From NCBI GenBank assembly GCA_050950785.1, contig JBMNIG010000029.1:63023-127022 (forward strand): 64,000 bases of DNA. The letters are read 5' to 3'. Below, one piece after another: positions 9,680 through 19,243 of the stretch. How positions within the stretch are numbered: the stretch's first letter is position 1; every line of letters starts with the position of its first letter. The translations under genes and the position numbers were made by a program. The DNA comes from Eubacteriales bacterium (GTDB lineage Bacteria; Bacillota; Clostridia; Oscillospirales; JAAYOS01). The notes beneath the pieces are model-generated. The model had not been told where the DNA came from, made no database searches, and saw nothing but the letters and a program-made list of their open reading frames with translations.

Positions 9680-11052
9680 TGAAGCGCACGACGCGAATGC
9701 TAATACTGGCCGCAGTGCTTGCCGTGGTGGTGATCGGGTATACAGCGGTATCAAGACTTATCACCGGACAGGATGAAGCAGACGTTGATGGCGGGGACAT
9801 TTCTGTGACCTCCCACGATTTGATGGCGATCGAAAAGCTTGAATGGGAGTACAATGGAGAAAAAATCACTTTGAGCAAAGAAGGCGGCCGGTGGAGGTAC
9901 GCTAAAGACGGTGCATTCCCACTGGATCTGAATAAGGTCGAGACAATGCTCTCTGCGATCCAAGAAATCAAGGCATCCCGCTCAATCGAGCAAATCGATT
10001 CGTTGTCGGAGTACGGTCTTGAGGAGCCTGGGTGCAAAATCACTGTTGGCACCCTTGAGGGATCAAAATTTACCTATCACGTTGGTGATAAAAATGAAGT
10101 CACCGGAGAATATTACCTCCTCACTGGCCAAAGCGAAAAAGTATATATGGTAGACTCCGGTCTGCATAATGCCTTCAGTAAAACTCTTATGGATATGGTC
10201 CAGAGACAGGAGATCCCTGATCTTTCAAGCGCAAAAGAAATCATGATCGAAACGCATGATAGCTTAAAGAAAATCGTATACAAAGACACCCACAAAGGAA
10301 TCACCTATACAAATGCCTACAAGTGGTTCTATGAGTTTGATGTTGAAGGGAATATAGTATACTCCCCACTCGGATCAAACAAAGTGAGAAGGTTGCAGAG
10401 CAGCGTTTCGGATATTACATGGAAAGGCTGTGTCGATTATGATGCAACAAATGACGAGCTTGCAAACTATGGACTCGACAGGCCACGTGTAGTTGTCAAT
10501 GTAAAGTACTCCAACGGGGATTTCAACCTGATGTTTGGTGATCAAGTTGACGACAATTGCTATGCGAAGACCGGGGATACAGGGATCGTGTATTTGGTTT
10601 CAACAGATGTTGTGGAGGAGCTTATTTCGGTAGACTTTGAGTCACTTCGCCCCGATGATGTCTGCCTGATGGAATGGAATACAGTCGATTCGATTGAGAT
10701 CGAGGTGGATGGCAAAGCGCTCACCATTTACTTTGACCGTAGCAATGAAGGAGCGGTTTCATATATCGTTAACGGCTATCAGGGTGACGCTGAAGCAGTT
10801 GAGAACCTGCTTGACTCTATTACGGGCATGACATCTGTTGAACAGACCGATAAGGCATCTCCCTTTAAGGAACCTGAAGTTAGGATAGTATTTCACCGCA
10901 ACACGGAGTTTTTCCACACTATGACACTATCGCTATTCAAGTTCAACAGCCAAAGCTACTTGGTTGAGTTTGATGGTCAATCACGACTCCTTGTAGGAAA
11001 CGACGACGTGTTTGAGCTCAAAGAGGCTTTTGCCGAGCTTGCAGACCAATGA
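9679..11052 (+). CDS. DUF4340-like membrane-anchored protein, the usual partner of GldG-type modules
   Basis: ATG 9679 overlaps the GldG stop (TAATG) and follows RBS aaggagga. MKRTTRMLILAAVLAVVVIGYTAV is a signal anchor. The family call is from memory of the GldG-DUF4340 synteny. Confidence 0.65.
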   Translation: MKRTTRMLILAAVLAVVVIGYTAVSRLITGQDEADVDGGDISVTSHDLMAIEKLEWEYNGEKITLSKEGGRWRYAKDGAFPLDLNKVETMLSAIQEIKASRSIEQIDSLSEYGLEEPGCKITVGTLEGSKFTYHVGDKNEVTGEYYLLTGQSEKVYMVDSGLHNAFSKTLMDMVQRQEIPDLSSAKEIMIETHDSLKKIVYKDTHKGITYTNAYKWFYEFDVEGNIVYSPLGSNKVRRLQSSVSDITWKGCVDYDATNDELANYGLDRPRVVVNVKYSNGDFNLMFGDQVDDNCYAKTGDTGIVYLVSTDVVEELISVDFESLRPDDVCLMEWNTVDSIEIEVDGKALTIYFDRSNEGAVSYIVNGYQGDAEAVENLLDSITGMTSVEQTDKASPFKEPEVRIVFHRNTEFFHTMTLSLFKFNSQSYLVEFDGQSRLLVGNDDVFELKEAFAELADQ

Positions 11053-11084
11053 ACAAGGATGCTGCTTGACGATTTCGACAGCGT

Positions 11085-11118
11085 TGGACAGGGGACAGGT
11101 TCCCTGTCCACATTTTAT
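11085..11118 (+). terminator. rho-independent terminator of the ABC-2/GldG/DUF4340 operon (also unit A of a repeat family)
   Basis: Perfect 9-bp stem TGGACAGGG (11085-11093) / CCCTGTCCA (11102-11110) with an 8-nt loop, then cATTTTat. Confidence 0.6.
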
Positions 11119-11205
11119 AATGGACAAGGAACCTGTCCCTCGGTTCACCTGATCACCATTTCCTTGGACGAGGAACCTCTCTACATTGAGACCTCATATC
11201 GCATG
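11085..11205. repeat. three tandem, diverged 36-44-bp units beginning TGGAC(A/G)(A/G)GGAACC
   Basis: The units start at 11085, 11121 and 11165. They share AATGGACAAG(G)AACC with the 46.3-46.5 kb array. Confidence 0.6.
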
Positions 11206-11344
11206 CTGTTTTGGTCAGAACAAAATCACAAAATGATGCATGAAAACATATACTTGAGCATATATTCTGCTCATACTAAACAAACATACAAAACACCATC
11301 ATTTGAGCTTGCACATTTTGTATCTATTGCGCTAAATTGATATC

Positions 11345-11373
11345 TTGACAAATTGCCGGTCACAAGATACAAT
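11345..11373 (+). promoter_or_regulatory. sigma-A-type promoter of the liv-like operon
   Basis: TTGACA (11345-11350), 17-bp spacer, TACAAT (11368-11373), about 30 nt upstream of RBS gaggtga and ATG 11404. Confidence 0.5.
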
Positions 11374-11403
11374 CATTAGCATTAACTGAAACGAGGTGAA
11401 ATT

Positions 11404-12549
11404 ATGAAGAAGCTAGTGTTTTTGCTGACTATCATCATGCTTGTATCTATCGTTGCAGGTTGCTCGACCTCCGACTCCAATGAGATAAAGATCGGCATAA
11501 ACTATGAGCTTAGCGGCGGTGTTGCCTCCTACGGTCAGAGTTCCGTAGACGGAATCATGCTCGCTATCGATGAAATCAACGCAGCCGGAGGCGTTAACGG
11601 CAAAAAGATCGCTCCAGTTCAGTATGATAATGGTTCTGAACCGGCAGAAGCAGTTATTATTGCCAACAGACTGATTTCTCAGGATAAGGTCCTGGCAATT
11701 CTAGGCCCTGCCACATCAGGAGCTTTTAAGTCTGAGATATCAGTTGCAGAAAAGGAAAGGGTACCGGTACTTAGTGGTTCCGCTACTGCTGACGACGTTA
11801 CAGTAGATGAAAACGGAAATGTAAAGAAGTATGCCTATAGGATTTGCTTTGCAGACTCATATCAGGGCGCAGCAATGGCTGAATTTGCTATCAACAAGCT
11901 TGGAGCCCAAAAAGCCGTACTGATTAAGGACACCTCGAGTGACTACGCCAAGGGATTAGCTGAAAACTTCACGGCAACATTTGAAGCCAACGGCGGGACA
12001 ATTGTCGGCGAAGAAGCATATGTTGCCAAGGATACCGATTTCAATGCAATACTTACTAAAATCAATGCTCTTGATTTTGACGTCATCTACATACCCGGAT
12101 ACTACGAAGAGGCAGGCCTTATAATCAAACAGGCAAGAGGTCTTGGTATTGATGCACCGATACTTGGTGCTGACGGCTTCGATTCTCCTACCCTTGTTGA
12201 CTTGGCCGGAGCTTCTGCACTAAATGATGTATACTTTACAAACCACTATTCTTCTCTTGACAACGATCCCAAGGTCGCAAAGTTCATCGAAAGCTTTAAA
12301 GAAAAGTATGGTAAAGAGCCTGATGCCTTTAACGCTCTCGGTTATGACCTGGCAATGTTCTTGATCGACGGTCTGAAACGCTGTGAGAAACTTGACCGCG
12401 AGACATTGAGAGACACTTTGGAGAAGACGACCAACTTCGAGGGAGTCACGGGAACCATCAGCATTGATGAAAATCATAACGCTATTAAATCTATTGTTGT
12501 AATCGGCTTACAGGACGGAGTACAGGCAACTGCTGAAAAGTCTAGCTAA
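11404..12549 (+). CDS. branched-chain amino-acid ABC transporter substrate-binding lipoprotein (LivJ/K-like)
   Basis: Lipobox LVSIVAGC. The body (IKIGINYELSGGVASYGQS...ILGPATSG...) matches the type I periplasmic-binding fold of the Leu/Ile/Val binding family. Confidence 0.9.
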   Translation: MKKLVFLLTIIMLVSIVAGCSTSDSNEIKIGINYELSGGVASYGQSSVDGIMLAIDEINAAGGVNGKKIAPVQYDNGSEPAEAVIIANRLISQDKVLAILGPATSGAFKSEISVAEKERVPVLSGSATADDVTVDENGNVKKYAYRICFADSYQGAAMAEFAINKLGAQKAVLIKDTSSDYAKGLAENFTATFEANGGTIVGEEAYVAKDTDFNAILTKINALDFDVIYIPGYYEEAGLIIKQARGLGIDAPILGADGFDSPTLVDLAGASALNDVYFTNHYSSLDNDPKVAKFIESFKEKYGKEPDAFNALGYDLAMFLIDGLKRCEKLDRETLRDTLEKTTNFEGVTGTISIDENHNAIKSIVVIGLQDGVQATAEKSS

Positions 12550-12691
12550 AAACTAAGTGATATACTTATTCGTTTAGACTAGAAGTCTATTAAACCACGG
12601 GTTAGCTTTTCATGATGTTATACAAGGGCGATGCCTATCGCCCTTGTTTCTCATAAGGATTATTACTCAGCGAGAACAGGGGGAGACACTG

Positions 12692-13573
12692 GTGAACTTA
12701 CTTCAACAGGTAATTAACGGGCTGTCATTGGGAAGTATATATGCATTGATAGCCCTGGGTTACACCATGGTATATGGGATCATAAAGCTTATAAATTTTG
12801 CTCATTGTGATATTTATATGATAGGTGCGTATGTGGGGTATTTGTGCCTTACCACATTAAAGATTGGGGTTCTCCCGTCCCTCCTTATCGCTATGGTCGT
12901 GTGCACAGTACTTGGCATATTGATTGAAAAGATTGCATACAAGCCACTTAGGAATGCAACACGAATTGCTGTCTTGATAACGGCTATTGGTGTTTCGATA
13001 TTCCTGGAGTATGTCATGATGTATATCTTTAAGGCAAATGTACGCGCCTATCCTCCAATGACAGGTTGGATGGCAAAGTCCTTCCACATTAGCGGTCTAA
13101 CTCTAACATCACAGCAGATCCTGATATTTGCAGCTACTGTGGTTTTGATGATTTTGCTTCAGTTTACTGTCAAGAAGACTCGCATTGGAAAAGCAATGAG
13201 GGCCGTATCCTTGGACAGAGACGCTGCCGAACTTATGGGCATAAACGTCAACTCCACGATTTCATTTACATTTGCCCTGGGCTCCGCTCTGGCCGGTGCC
13301 GCAGGGGTGCTAGTTGGAATATACTATAATTCTATAAATCCTTTGATGGGTGCGCTGCCGGGCTTAAAGGCTTTTGTTGCCGCTGTTTTCGGAGGCATCG
13401 GAATAATTCCCGGAGCGATGATCGGTGGGTATTTTATTGGAATAGTAGAGGTTTTTGTATCGGGGTATGGAAACTCAATGTACAAAGATGCCGTTGTGTT
13501 TGCTATACTGATCTTGATTTTGATCATCAAGCCATCCGGTCTGCTCGGCAAAAACACCAGAGAGAAGGTGTAG
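12692..13573 (+). CDS. livH: branched-chain amino-acid ABC permease LivH
   Basis: The probable start is GTG 12692 after gggggag. VNLLQQVINGLSLGSIYALIALGYTMVYG is the classic LivH N-terminus. Confidence 0.85.
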   Translation: MNLLQQVINGLSLGSIYALIALGYTMVYGIIKLINFAHCDIYMIGAYVGYLCLTTLKIGVLPSLLIAMVVCTVLGILIEKIAYKPLRNATRIAVLITAIGVSIFLEYVMMYIFKANVRAYPPMTGWMAKSFHISGLTLTSQQILIFAATVVLMILLQFTVKKTRIGKAMRAVSLDRDAAELMGINVNSTISFTFALGSALAGAAGVLVGIYYNSINPLMGALPGLKAFVAAVFGGIGIIPGAMIGGYFIGIVEVFVSGYGNSMYKDAVVFAILILILIIKPSGLLGKNTREKV

Positions 13574-13577
13574 GCTT

Positions 13578-14567
13578 ATGAAGAAGATTATGAAAAACAG
13601 AACTATAATAAAGGCACTTGTTCTGCTTATCTGCTTTGTAGTGGTGCAACTTTTGGATTTTGCCGGCTTTATAGATGGCTACATAATGGGAATACTTGCA
13701 AGGATCTGCATAAACATCATATTGGCTGTTAGTCTCAACTTGATCACCGGCTTTACCGGACAGTTTTCACTTGGTCATGCGGGATTTATGTCAATTGGCG
13801 CATATGCCTGTGCAATAACAACATTCAGATTTCCTACGATTCCCGGCTTTATTGCAGGCGTATTTTTGGGAGCTATATGCGCGGCTATTGTTGGAGCCCT
13901 TGTCGGGCTACCCACACTTCGACTTCGCGGCGACTATCTAGCAATCGCCACACTTGGTATGGCTGAGATCATTCGCATAATGTTCTTGAATATGGATATT
14001 ACGAACGGCGCAGCAGGACTTATAGGTATACCGCAGTTTGTTAATTGGCCATGGCTGTTTATCTTTACTGTTGGTACCGTTGTGCTTATCAGAAACTTTA
14101 TAAAATCAGCCCACGGCAGGGCATGCATTTCGATTCGTGAAGATGAGATTGCATCTGAGTCAATGGGTACCAACACTACAGGCACTAAAGTGATGGCTTT
14201 TACGATTGGCGCTTTCTTTGCAGGTATTGCTGGTGCGCTTTATGCATCATACTTTTTCTTTATCAAACCTGAATTGTTTGGTTTTCAAAAGTCCATTGAC
14301 GTTCTTGTAATCGTTGTTTTCGGAGGCTTGGGAAGCATCTCCGGTTCTGTTGTGGCAGCTGTGTTGCTTGAAGTGATTTCCACAATGCTACAGAGTATTG
14401 TCGAGCTTAGGATGGTCTTCTATGCTACACTGCTTGTCATCATAATGCTTTTCCGGCCGCAGGGACTTATGGGATCGAAGGAAATCACTGCTCTGATGTT
14501 TAAAGATCAAGCCGGAAAGCTGTGGAACAGAATTCGCTCGGCAAGAGGGAAGGGGGGGCAAGCGTAG
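13578..14567 (+). CDS. livM: branched-chain amino-acid ABC permease LivM
   Basis: 329-aa polytopic protein. GFTGQFSLGHAGFMSIGAY is the LivM hallmark. Confidence 0.85.
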   Translation: MKKIMKNRTIIKALVLLICFVVVQLLDFAGFIDGYIMGILARICINIILAVSLNLITGFTGQFSLGHAGFMSIGAYACAITTFRFPTIPGFIAGVFLGAICAAIVGALVGLPTLRLRGDYLAIATLGMAEIIRIMFLNMDITNGAAGLIGIPQFVNWPWLFIFTVGTVVLIRNFIKSAHGRACISIREDEIASESMGTNTTGTKVMAFTIGAFFAGIAGALYASYFFFIKPELFGFQKSIDVLVIVVFGGLGSISGSVVAAVLLEVISTMLQSIVELRMVFYATLLVIIMLFRPQGLMGSKEITALMFKDQAGKLWNRIRSARGKGGQA

Positions 14568-15340
14568 TGTCTGTGTTGAAAGTTGAGGGGCTAACTAAGA
14601 CTTTTGGTGGTCTCACTGCTGTTCTTAAAGCTAGTTTAGAGTTAAAGCAGGGTGAGCTTATCGGACTTATTGGTCCCAACGGTGCCGGAAAAACTACCGT
14701 CTTCAACCTCCTTACAGGTATTATTGAACCTACAAGCGGTACGGTCACACTGAGAGGAAAACAAATACAGGGACTTAAGCCCCATGTTATTTGCAGAGAC
14801 GGTATTGCGAGGACCTTCCAAAATATACGACTTTTTAAGGATCTGACTGTTCTTGACAATGTAAGGATCGCAATGAACAAACAGGTTAAACACGGTCTGT
14901 TTTCTGCTTTCTTCCACACAAGAGCTTACAAAAAAACTGAAGCTGAGATCCTTAAAAAATCAAATGACCTATTGAAGATCTTAAATCTTTACCACAAAAG
15001 AGATGAGCTTGCAAAGAACCTGCCCTATGGTGAACAGAGGCAGTTGGAGATTGCACGGGCTCTTGCCACAGATCCTATAATCCTCCTTCTTGATGAACCA
15101 GCGGCAGGCATGAATCCATCAGAAACTGCTCAGCTTACAGAGCTGATTGCATCGATACGCAAACGGTACAATGTTACAATACTATTGATAGAACACGATA
15201 TGTCCCTTGTTATGAACATATGCGAACGCATCTATGTACTGGATTACGGAGTGGTAATCGCTGAGGGTACCCCGGATGAAATCAAGTCGAACAAACGGGT
15301 CATAGAGGCTTACCTTGGAGAGGAAGTGGAAGATGCTTGA
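14567..15340 (+). CDS. livG: branched-chain amino-acid ABC ATP-binding protein LivG
   Basis: Walker A GPNGAGKTT, YGEQRQLEIARAL, Walker B ILLLDEPAAG. The start is uncertain: GTG 14567 overlaps the livM stop, and the ORF is open from 14522. Confidence 0.85.
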   Translation: MSVLKVEGLTKTFGGLTAVLKASLELKQGELIGLIGPNGAGKTTVFNLLTGIIEPTSGTVTLRGKQIQGLKPHVICRDGIARTFQNIRLFKDLTVLDNVRIAMNKQVKHGLFSAFFHTRAYKKTEAEILKKSNDLLKILNLYHKRDELAKNLPYGEQRQLEIARALATDPIILLLDEPAAGMNPSETAQLTELIASIRKRYNVTILLIEHDMSLVMNICERIYVLDYGVVIAEGTPDEIKSNKRVIEAYLGEEVEDA

Positions 15341-16049
15341 GAAGATGCTTGAGATAAAAAATCTTGATGTCCATTACGGCGTGATCCACGCTCTTAAGGA
15401 TGTTTCCCTTGAAGTAAATCAAGGCGAGATCGTAACGCTTATCGGTGCAAATGGAGCCGGTAAGACTACGACTCTTCGTACCATCTCCGGACTGAAGAAG
15501 CCAACAAGTGGGACAATTGTTTTCAACGAAAATGACATCACTTCCATCAGTGCGCAAGATAGAGTCAAGTTAGGGATTTCACATGTTCCCGAAGGCAGGC
15601 ATGTTTTTTACAATATGACCGTGCTGGAAAATCTTGAGCTTGGAGCTTATTTGCGGCGCGACAAGGCAGGGATTTCACGGGATATCGATATGGTGTATGA
15701 ACACTTTCCTGTTTTGGCCGACCGGAAAAAACAGCTTGCAGGCACGCTCTCGGGGGGCGAACAGCAGATGCTTGCAATGGGAAGGGCACTCATGTCAAAT
15801 CCCAAAATGCTTATTCTTGATGAGCCATCAATGGGTTTGGCACCGTTGTTTGTTCAAGAAATATTTGATATAATAAAGAAAATAAACGCACTTGGCACTA
15901 CGATATTCCTTGTTGAACAAAATGCCAGACTAGCTCTTAAGATCGCGAATAGAGCGTATGTAATGGAGACGGGTTCAATCGTTCTTTCGGGAACAGGAGC
16001 CGAACTTATGCAGAGCGATGAAATAAGGAAAGCATATTTGGGAGGTTGA
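15333..16049 (+). CDS. livF: branched-chain amino-acid ABC ATP-binding protein LivF
   Basis: Walker A GANGAGKTT, LSGGEQQMLAMGRAL, MLILDEPSMG. ATG 15333 overlaps the livG end and follows ggagaggaag. Confidence 0.85.
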   Translation: MLEKMLEIKNLDVHYGVIHALKDVSLEVNQGEIVTLIGANGAGKTTTLRTISGLKKPTSGTIVFNENDITSISAQDRVKLGISHVPEGRHVFYNMTVLENLELGAYLRRDKAGISRDIDMVYEHFPVLADRKKQLAGTLSGGEQQMLAMGRALMSNPKMLILDEPSMGLAPLFVQEIFDIIKKINALGTTIFLVEQNARLALKIANRAYVMETGSIVLSGTGAELMQSDEIRKAYLGG

Positions 16050-16050
16050 T

Positions 16051-16695
16051 ATGATGTATGTCAGAAGCAAGATGACTATAAACCCGTATACTGTTTCCCC
16101 TTCCCAGTCAGTAATCGATGCACAGGAACTCATCGCAAAACACGGCGTCAAACGCCTACCGGTAGTTAAAAACGGAAAGCTAGTAGGCCTTGTGACAAGT
16201 AGAGACATCTCGCGATACTCTCCTTCTAAGGCGACATCCCTTAGTATGGGAGAAATCAGCTATCTCCTTGCCAAGACCAAAATCAGCAGCATAATGACAA
16301 AGGATCCAATCACGATTTCACCTGACTCCCTGCTAGAAGAAGCAGCCACTCTTATGCGCGATAATGATATAGGTTGCCTGCCTGTTGTTGAGGGAGATAA
16401 AGTGGTAGGTATAATAACAGAGAGTAACCTACTGGACGCTTTTATCGAATTGCTGGGCTTCAAAGAGCCTGGCACAAGGTTAACGGTTGAGGCAGTGGAT
16501 GCTCCCGGGATTTTGTCTAAGCTCACAGGGATCTATGGCGAACACGATGCCAATATCACACATGTGGCGGTCTACCGCGGCAAGAACGGGAAAAGCGACA
16601 TTGTGATCGGAACGAACTCCCTTGAGACTCAAGGAATTGAAAAGAGCCTTGAGCTTGGTGGTTACAAGGTTGTTTACAAGCTGCAAAACAAGTAA
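16051..16695 (+). CDS. CBS-pair + ACT domain protein (AcuB-like), translationally coupled to livF
   Basis: ATG 16051 lies 1 nt after the livF stop. There are two CBS motifs (VKRLPVVKNGKLVGLVTSRDI; IGCLPVVEGDKVVGIITESNL) and then an ACT-like tail (TRLTVEAVDAPGILSKLTGIYGEHDANITHV). Confidence 0.75.
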   Translation: MMYVRSKMTINPYTVSPSQSVIDAQELIAKHGVKRLPVVKNGKLVGLVTSRDISRYSPSKATSLSMGEISYLLAKTKISSIMTKDPITISPDSLLEEAATLMRDNDIGCLPVVEGDKVVGIITESNLLDAFIELLGFKEPGTRLTVEAVDAPGILSKLTGIYGEHDANITHVAVYRGKNGKSDIVIGTNSLETQGIEKSLELGGYKVVYKLQNK

Positions 16696-16779
16696 CGACA
16701 TCGCATCTACAAGTGCGATATTCATATAGCACCATGGCTTTTTGCATTGACTTATATTACATAGCCTGACATTGATTTA

Positions 16780-16816
16780 CCACCCTGTTTGAAACATAAA
16801 CAGGGTGGTGTTTTTT
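16780..16816 (+). terminator. rho-independent terminator of the liv/CBS-ACT operon
   Basis: Stem CCACCCTGTTT / AAACAGGGTGG with a 7-nt loop, followed by TGTTTTTTG. Confidence 0.85.
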
Positions 16817-17021
16817 GTGCGCAAACTGTCGAAGATTGTCGAAAGACACAAAAGTAATAAAATAATCATATTGACTATTATGGAATATAAATATATACTT
16901 AAGGCATATAAAAGAAATGGTATAGTAATTTCAATGAGAGAAGGTGGTTATAGATTACGATGGGTGTGCTTTATTTAGGTAGGCGTACATATTTATCTAA
17001 TTTGAAGAAAGGGGAAATATC

Positions 17022-19013
17022 ATGAACAAAAGGATTGGAAAGTTTTTGTCCATCATGCTCAGTGCTTCGCTATTGCTTACACTAGGCGTAGCAGCAAATG
17101 CTGAAGAGCCGGCTACCGGTACTTTTGACCTGCTTGCAACCGGCTATGACTGGGGAACACCGATTACTGATATCAAAGTTAATTTTCCCGAACCACTAAG
17201 TGAGAATATTACAGCCGAAGATCTACTTGAAGCGTTTTCAATATCCATTGATCTGGAGTATGTGTTTTATGGTATTGAAGTCAATGCCGAGAGCGACGTT
17301 GTTGCGGTCGAGAGTGCCAGCATTGCGGAGGATAGAACTTCCGCGACCTTGAACATAGGCACTAAATATGCAGATCACAACCTTACTCGCATAAGTAACT
17401 TCACAAAGTATGATGGCTCCTGGAACATCTCCCTCGCTAAGGATCTTGGTGACTTGAAGGAAGGCACAGAGTTCGAATGGAGCGGCAAAGTGATCAACGA
17501 GTGGGCAGATAAATTTGAGCGACTCACTGTTGAAACCGAGTATACTTATGTAAACAACCGTACAGGTGAAACAACCACGTATACCTCGATGGACGCGAGA
17601 TTGTATACCCCGGATAAGACCAAATATGAGGACAAGGGTGACGGATATCCATTGGTTGTTTGGCTACACGGCGGTGGTGAGGTTGGAGACGATAACGAGA
17701 TACATATTACTGCCAACGCTGTAGTCAATTGGGCAAAAGACAAAGCTCAGGATATATTTGGAGGAGCATATATCCTCGCACCACAAAACCATGCCGGGAG
17801 AAGCGTAAAGGCTTGCATGGAAGTAATTGAGTACGTTTTGGATAAAAATACGGACATTGATACAAGCAGGATCTATGTAGGAGGATGTTCCTACGGTGGA
17901 GGAGCAACTTGGTCAATGATCAAGGCGTTCCCGGATTATTTTGCTGCGGCATTCCCGATCTGCGCTGGCACGACGCTGACCGAGGAAGATCTGGAAAACC
18001 TCTATGACCTTCCGGTATATATGGTCGTATCGACAGGCGACTCAATGCCGGTCAGCATGATGCAAGCATATAATGCTCTTGTCGACTATGCGCTTTCAAA
18101 AGGAGCGGAGCCGAAGACCTACATAGCCCTGTTTGAGCATGTCGACTTTGAGGGACTTGAGGATTCTCAAAAGCTCATGGCAACAGCTCAGGGTGCGGAA
18201 TATACCGAGGAAACACGATTTGATTTCATGGCTTTGGACCACTGGAGCTGGATCTATGTACATAACGGCTTCGACGCCAAGGGCGATGACTATGACGGAA
18301 AGATGTTCATCGAAACCGACGTTGCAGCCGAATACGACAACTGCACAGTGGTTGAGGTGACAGAGGACAACATTGACGAGATCAGGGCGACGATGGGCGA
18401 GAACATTGCAAAGACAGTCAATATCGGCGACCTCTTGGTACACTGTGTAAGGGAAACGATGGATGAGGACGGCAATGTGGTATCGACTACCCATGCTTAT
18501 ACGCCCAACTTTGCTCCTTCGGATATAGGCTACGAGACATTTACTCACTTCCTGGCTGCGCAAACCGACGGGTATGCATTCCCGTTCAAGGACGTTCCTG
18601 AGGGGAGCAAATACTTTGATGCGGTCAGAAAACTGTACGATGCAGGGTTGACAAACGGTAAGGACTACAACCTTTATGATCCGGATGCAGGGTTGACCCG
18701 TGCCGAGTTTATGACCTTCCTTGGACGTGTGGTTGGTGCGAAAGTCGATCACACATTGAAGCCGGAATTCACAGACGTATCAATTGACGGCTGGAGCACC
18801 GGATATATTGCCTGGGGCCTGGAAAATGGTCTGATCCAAGGCTATGGCGATGGAAGGTTTGGGCCTAAGGATACCCTCACTCAAGAGCACGTAAATCTGA
18901 TAATTGAGAGATTTGCGAATAAATTTGACAGGGAAGTCGTTGGATTTGACGGTCCTGCAGGTGATGCAACTCGTGGTCAGGTTGCAGTAATCCTAGCAAG
19001 TCTTCTCGATTAA
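17022..19013 (+). CDS. secreted alpha/beta-hydrolase (esterase) with C-terminal SLH cell-wall anchoring domains
   Basis: Signal peptide ...LTLGVAANA. Esterase core VVWLHGGGEVGDD and nucleophile elbow GGCSYGG. The C-terminus has SLH-like repeats (FKDVPEGSKYFDAVRKLYDAGLTNG; FTDVSIDGWSTGYIAWGLENGLIQGYGDGRFGP). Confidence 0.8.
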   Translation: MNKRIGKFLSIMLSASLLLTLGVAANAEEPATGTFDLLATGYDWGTPITDIKVNFPEPLSENITAEDLLEAFSISIDLEYVFYGIEVNAESDVVAVESASIAEDRTSATLNIGTKYADHNLTRISNFTKYDGSWNISLAKDLGDLKEGTEFEWSGKVINEWADKFERLTVETEYTYVNNRTGETTTYTSMDARLYTPDKTKYEDKGDGYPLVVWLHGGGEVGDDNEIHITANAVVNWAKDKAQDIFGGAYILAPQNHAGRSVKACMEVIEYVLDKNTDIDTSRIYVGGCSYGGGATWSMIKAFPDYFAAAFPICAGTTLTEEDLENLYDLPVYMVVSTGDSMPVSMMQAYNALVDYALSKGAEPKTYIALFEHVDFEGLEDSQKLMATAQGAEYTEETRFDFMALDHWSWIYVHNGFDAKGDDYDGKMFIETDVAAEYDNCTVVEVTEDNIDEIRATMGENIAKTVNIGDLLVHCVRETMDEDGNVVSTTHAYTPNFAPSDIGYETFTHFLAAQTDGYAFPFKDVPEGSKYFDAVRKLYDAGLTNGKDYNLYDPDAGLTRAEFMTFLGRVVGAKVDHTLKPEFTDVSIDGWSTGYIAWGLENGLIQGYGDGRFGPKDTLTQEHVNLIIERFANKFDREVVGFDGPAGDATRGQVAVILASLLD

Positions 19014-19066
19014 GCTAAGTTTTATAAGAACTTCTGAATAATTAGATATGAAAACTGCTTAAAATA

Positions 19067-19108
19067 GGAGTGTCCTGTAGTTAAATCTTCAGGACACTCC
19101 GAATTTTT
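19067..19108 (+). terminator. rho-independent terminator of the SLH-esterase gene
   Basis: 11-bp stem GGAGTGTCCTG / CAGGACACTCC with a 12-nt loop, then gaATTTTTg. Confidence 0.85.
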
Positions 19109-19243
19109 GCCTATAATTGTGTTAGAAGATTCACAAGTAAAGAATTCTGTTGAATAATATATTAACGGGTGGCAACATATCCGGTCAACACATAGGAGTA
19201 TCCATTCGTTATATAGGTGAGTGCAACGAAAGGAGAGTTCGTC

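Noticed and set aside
11059-11340. 93-aa ORF (+) downstream of the DUF4340 gene.
   Set aside because: It has no RBS, reads through the terminator hairpin and repeat units, and ends just before the liv promoter. The composition is not protein-like.
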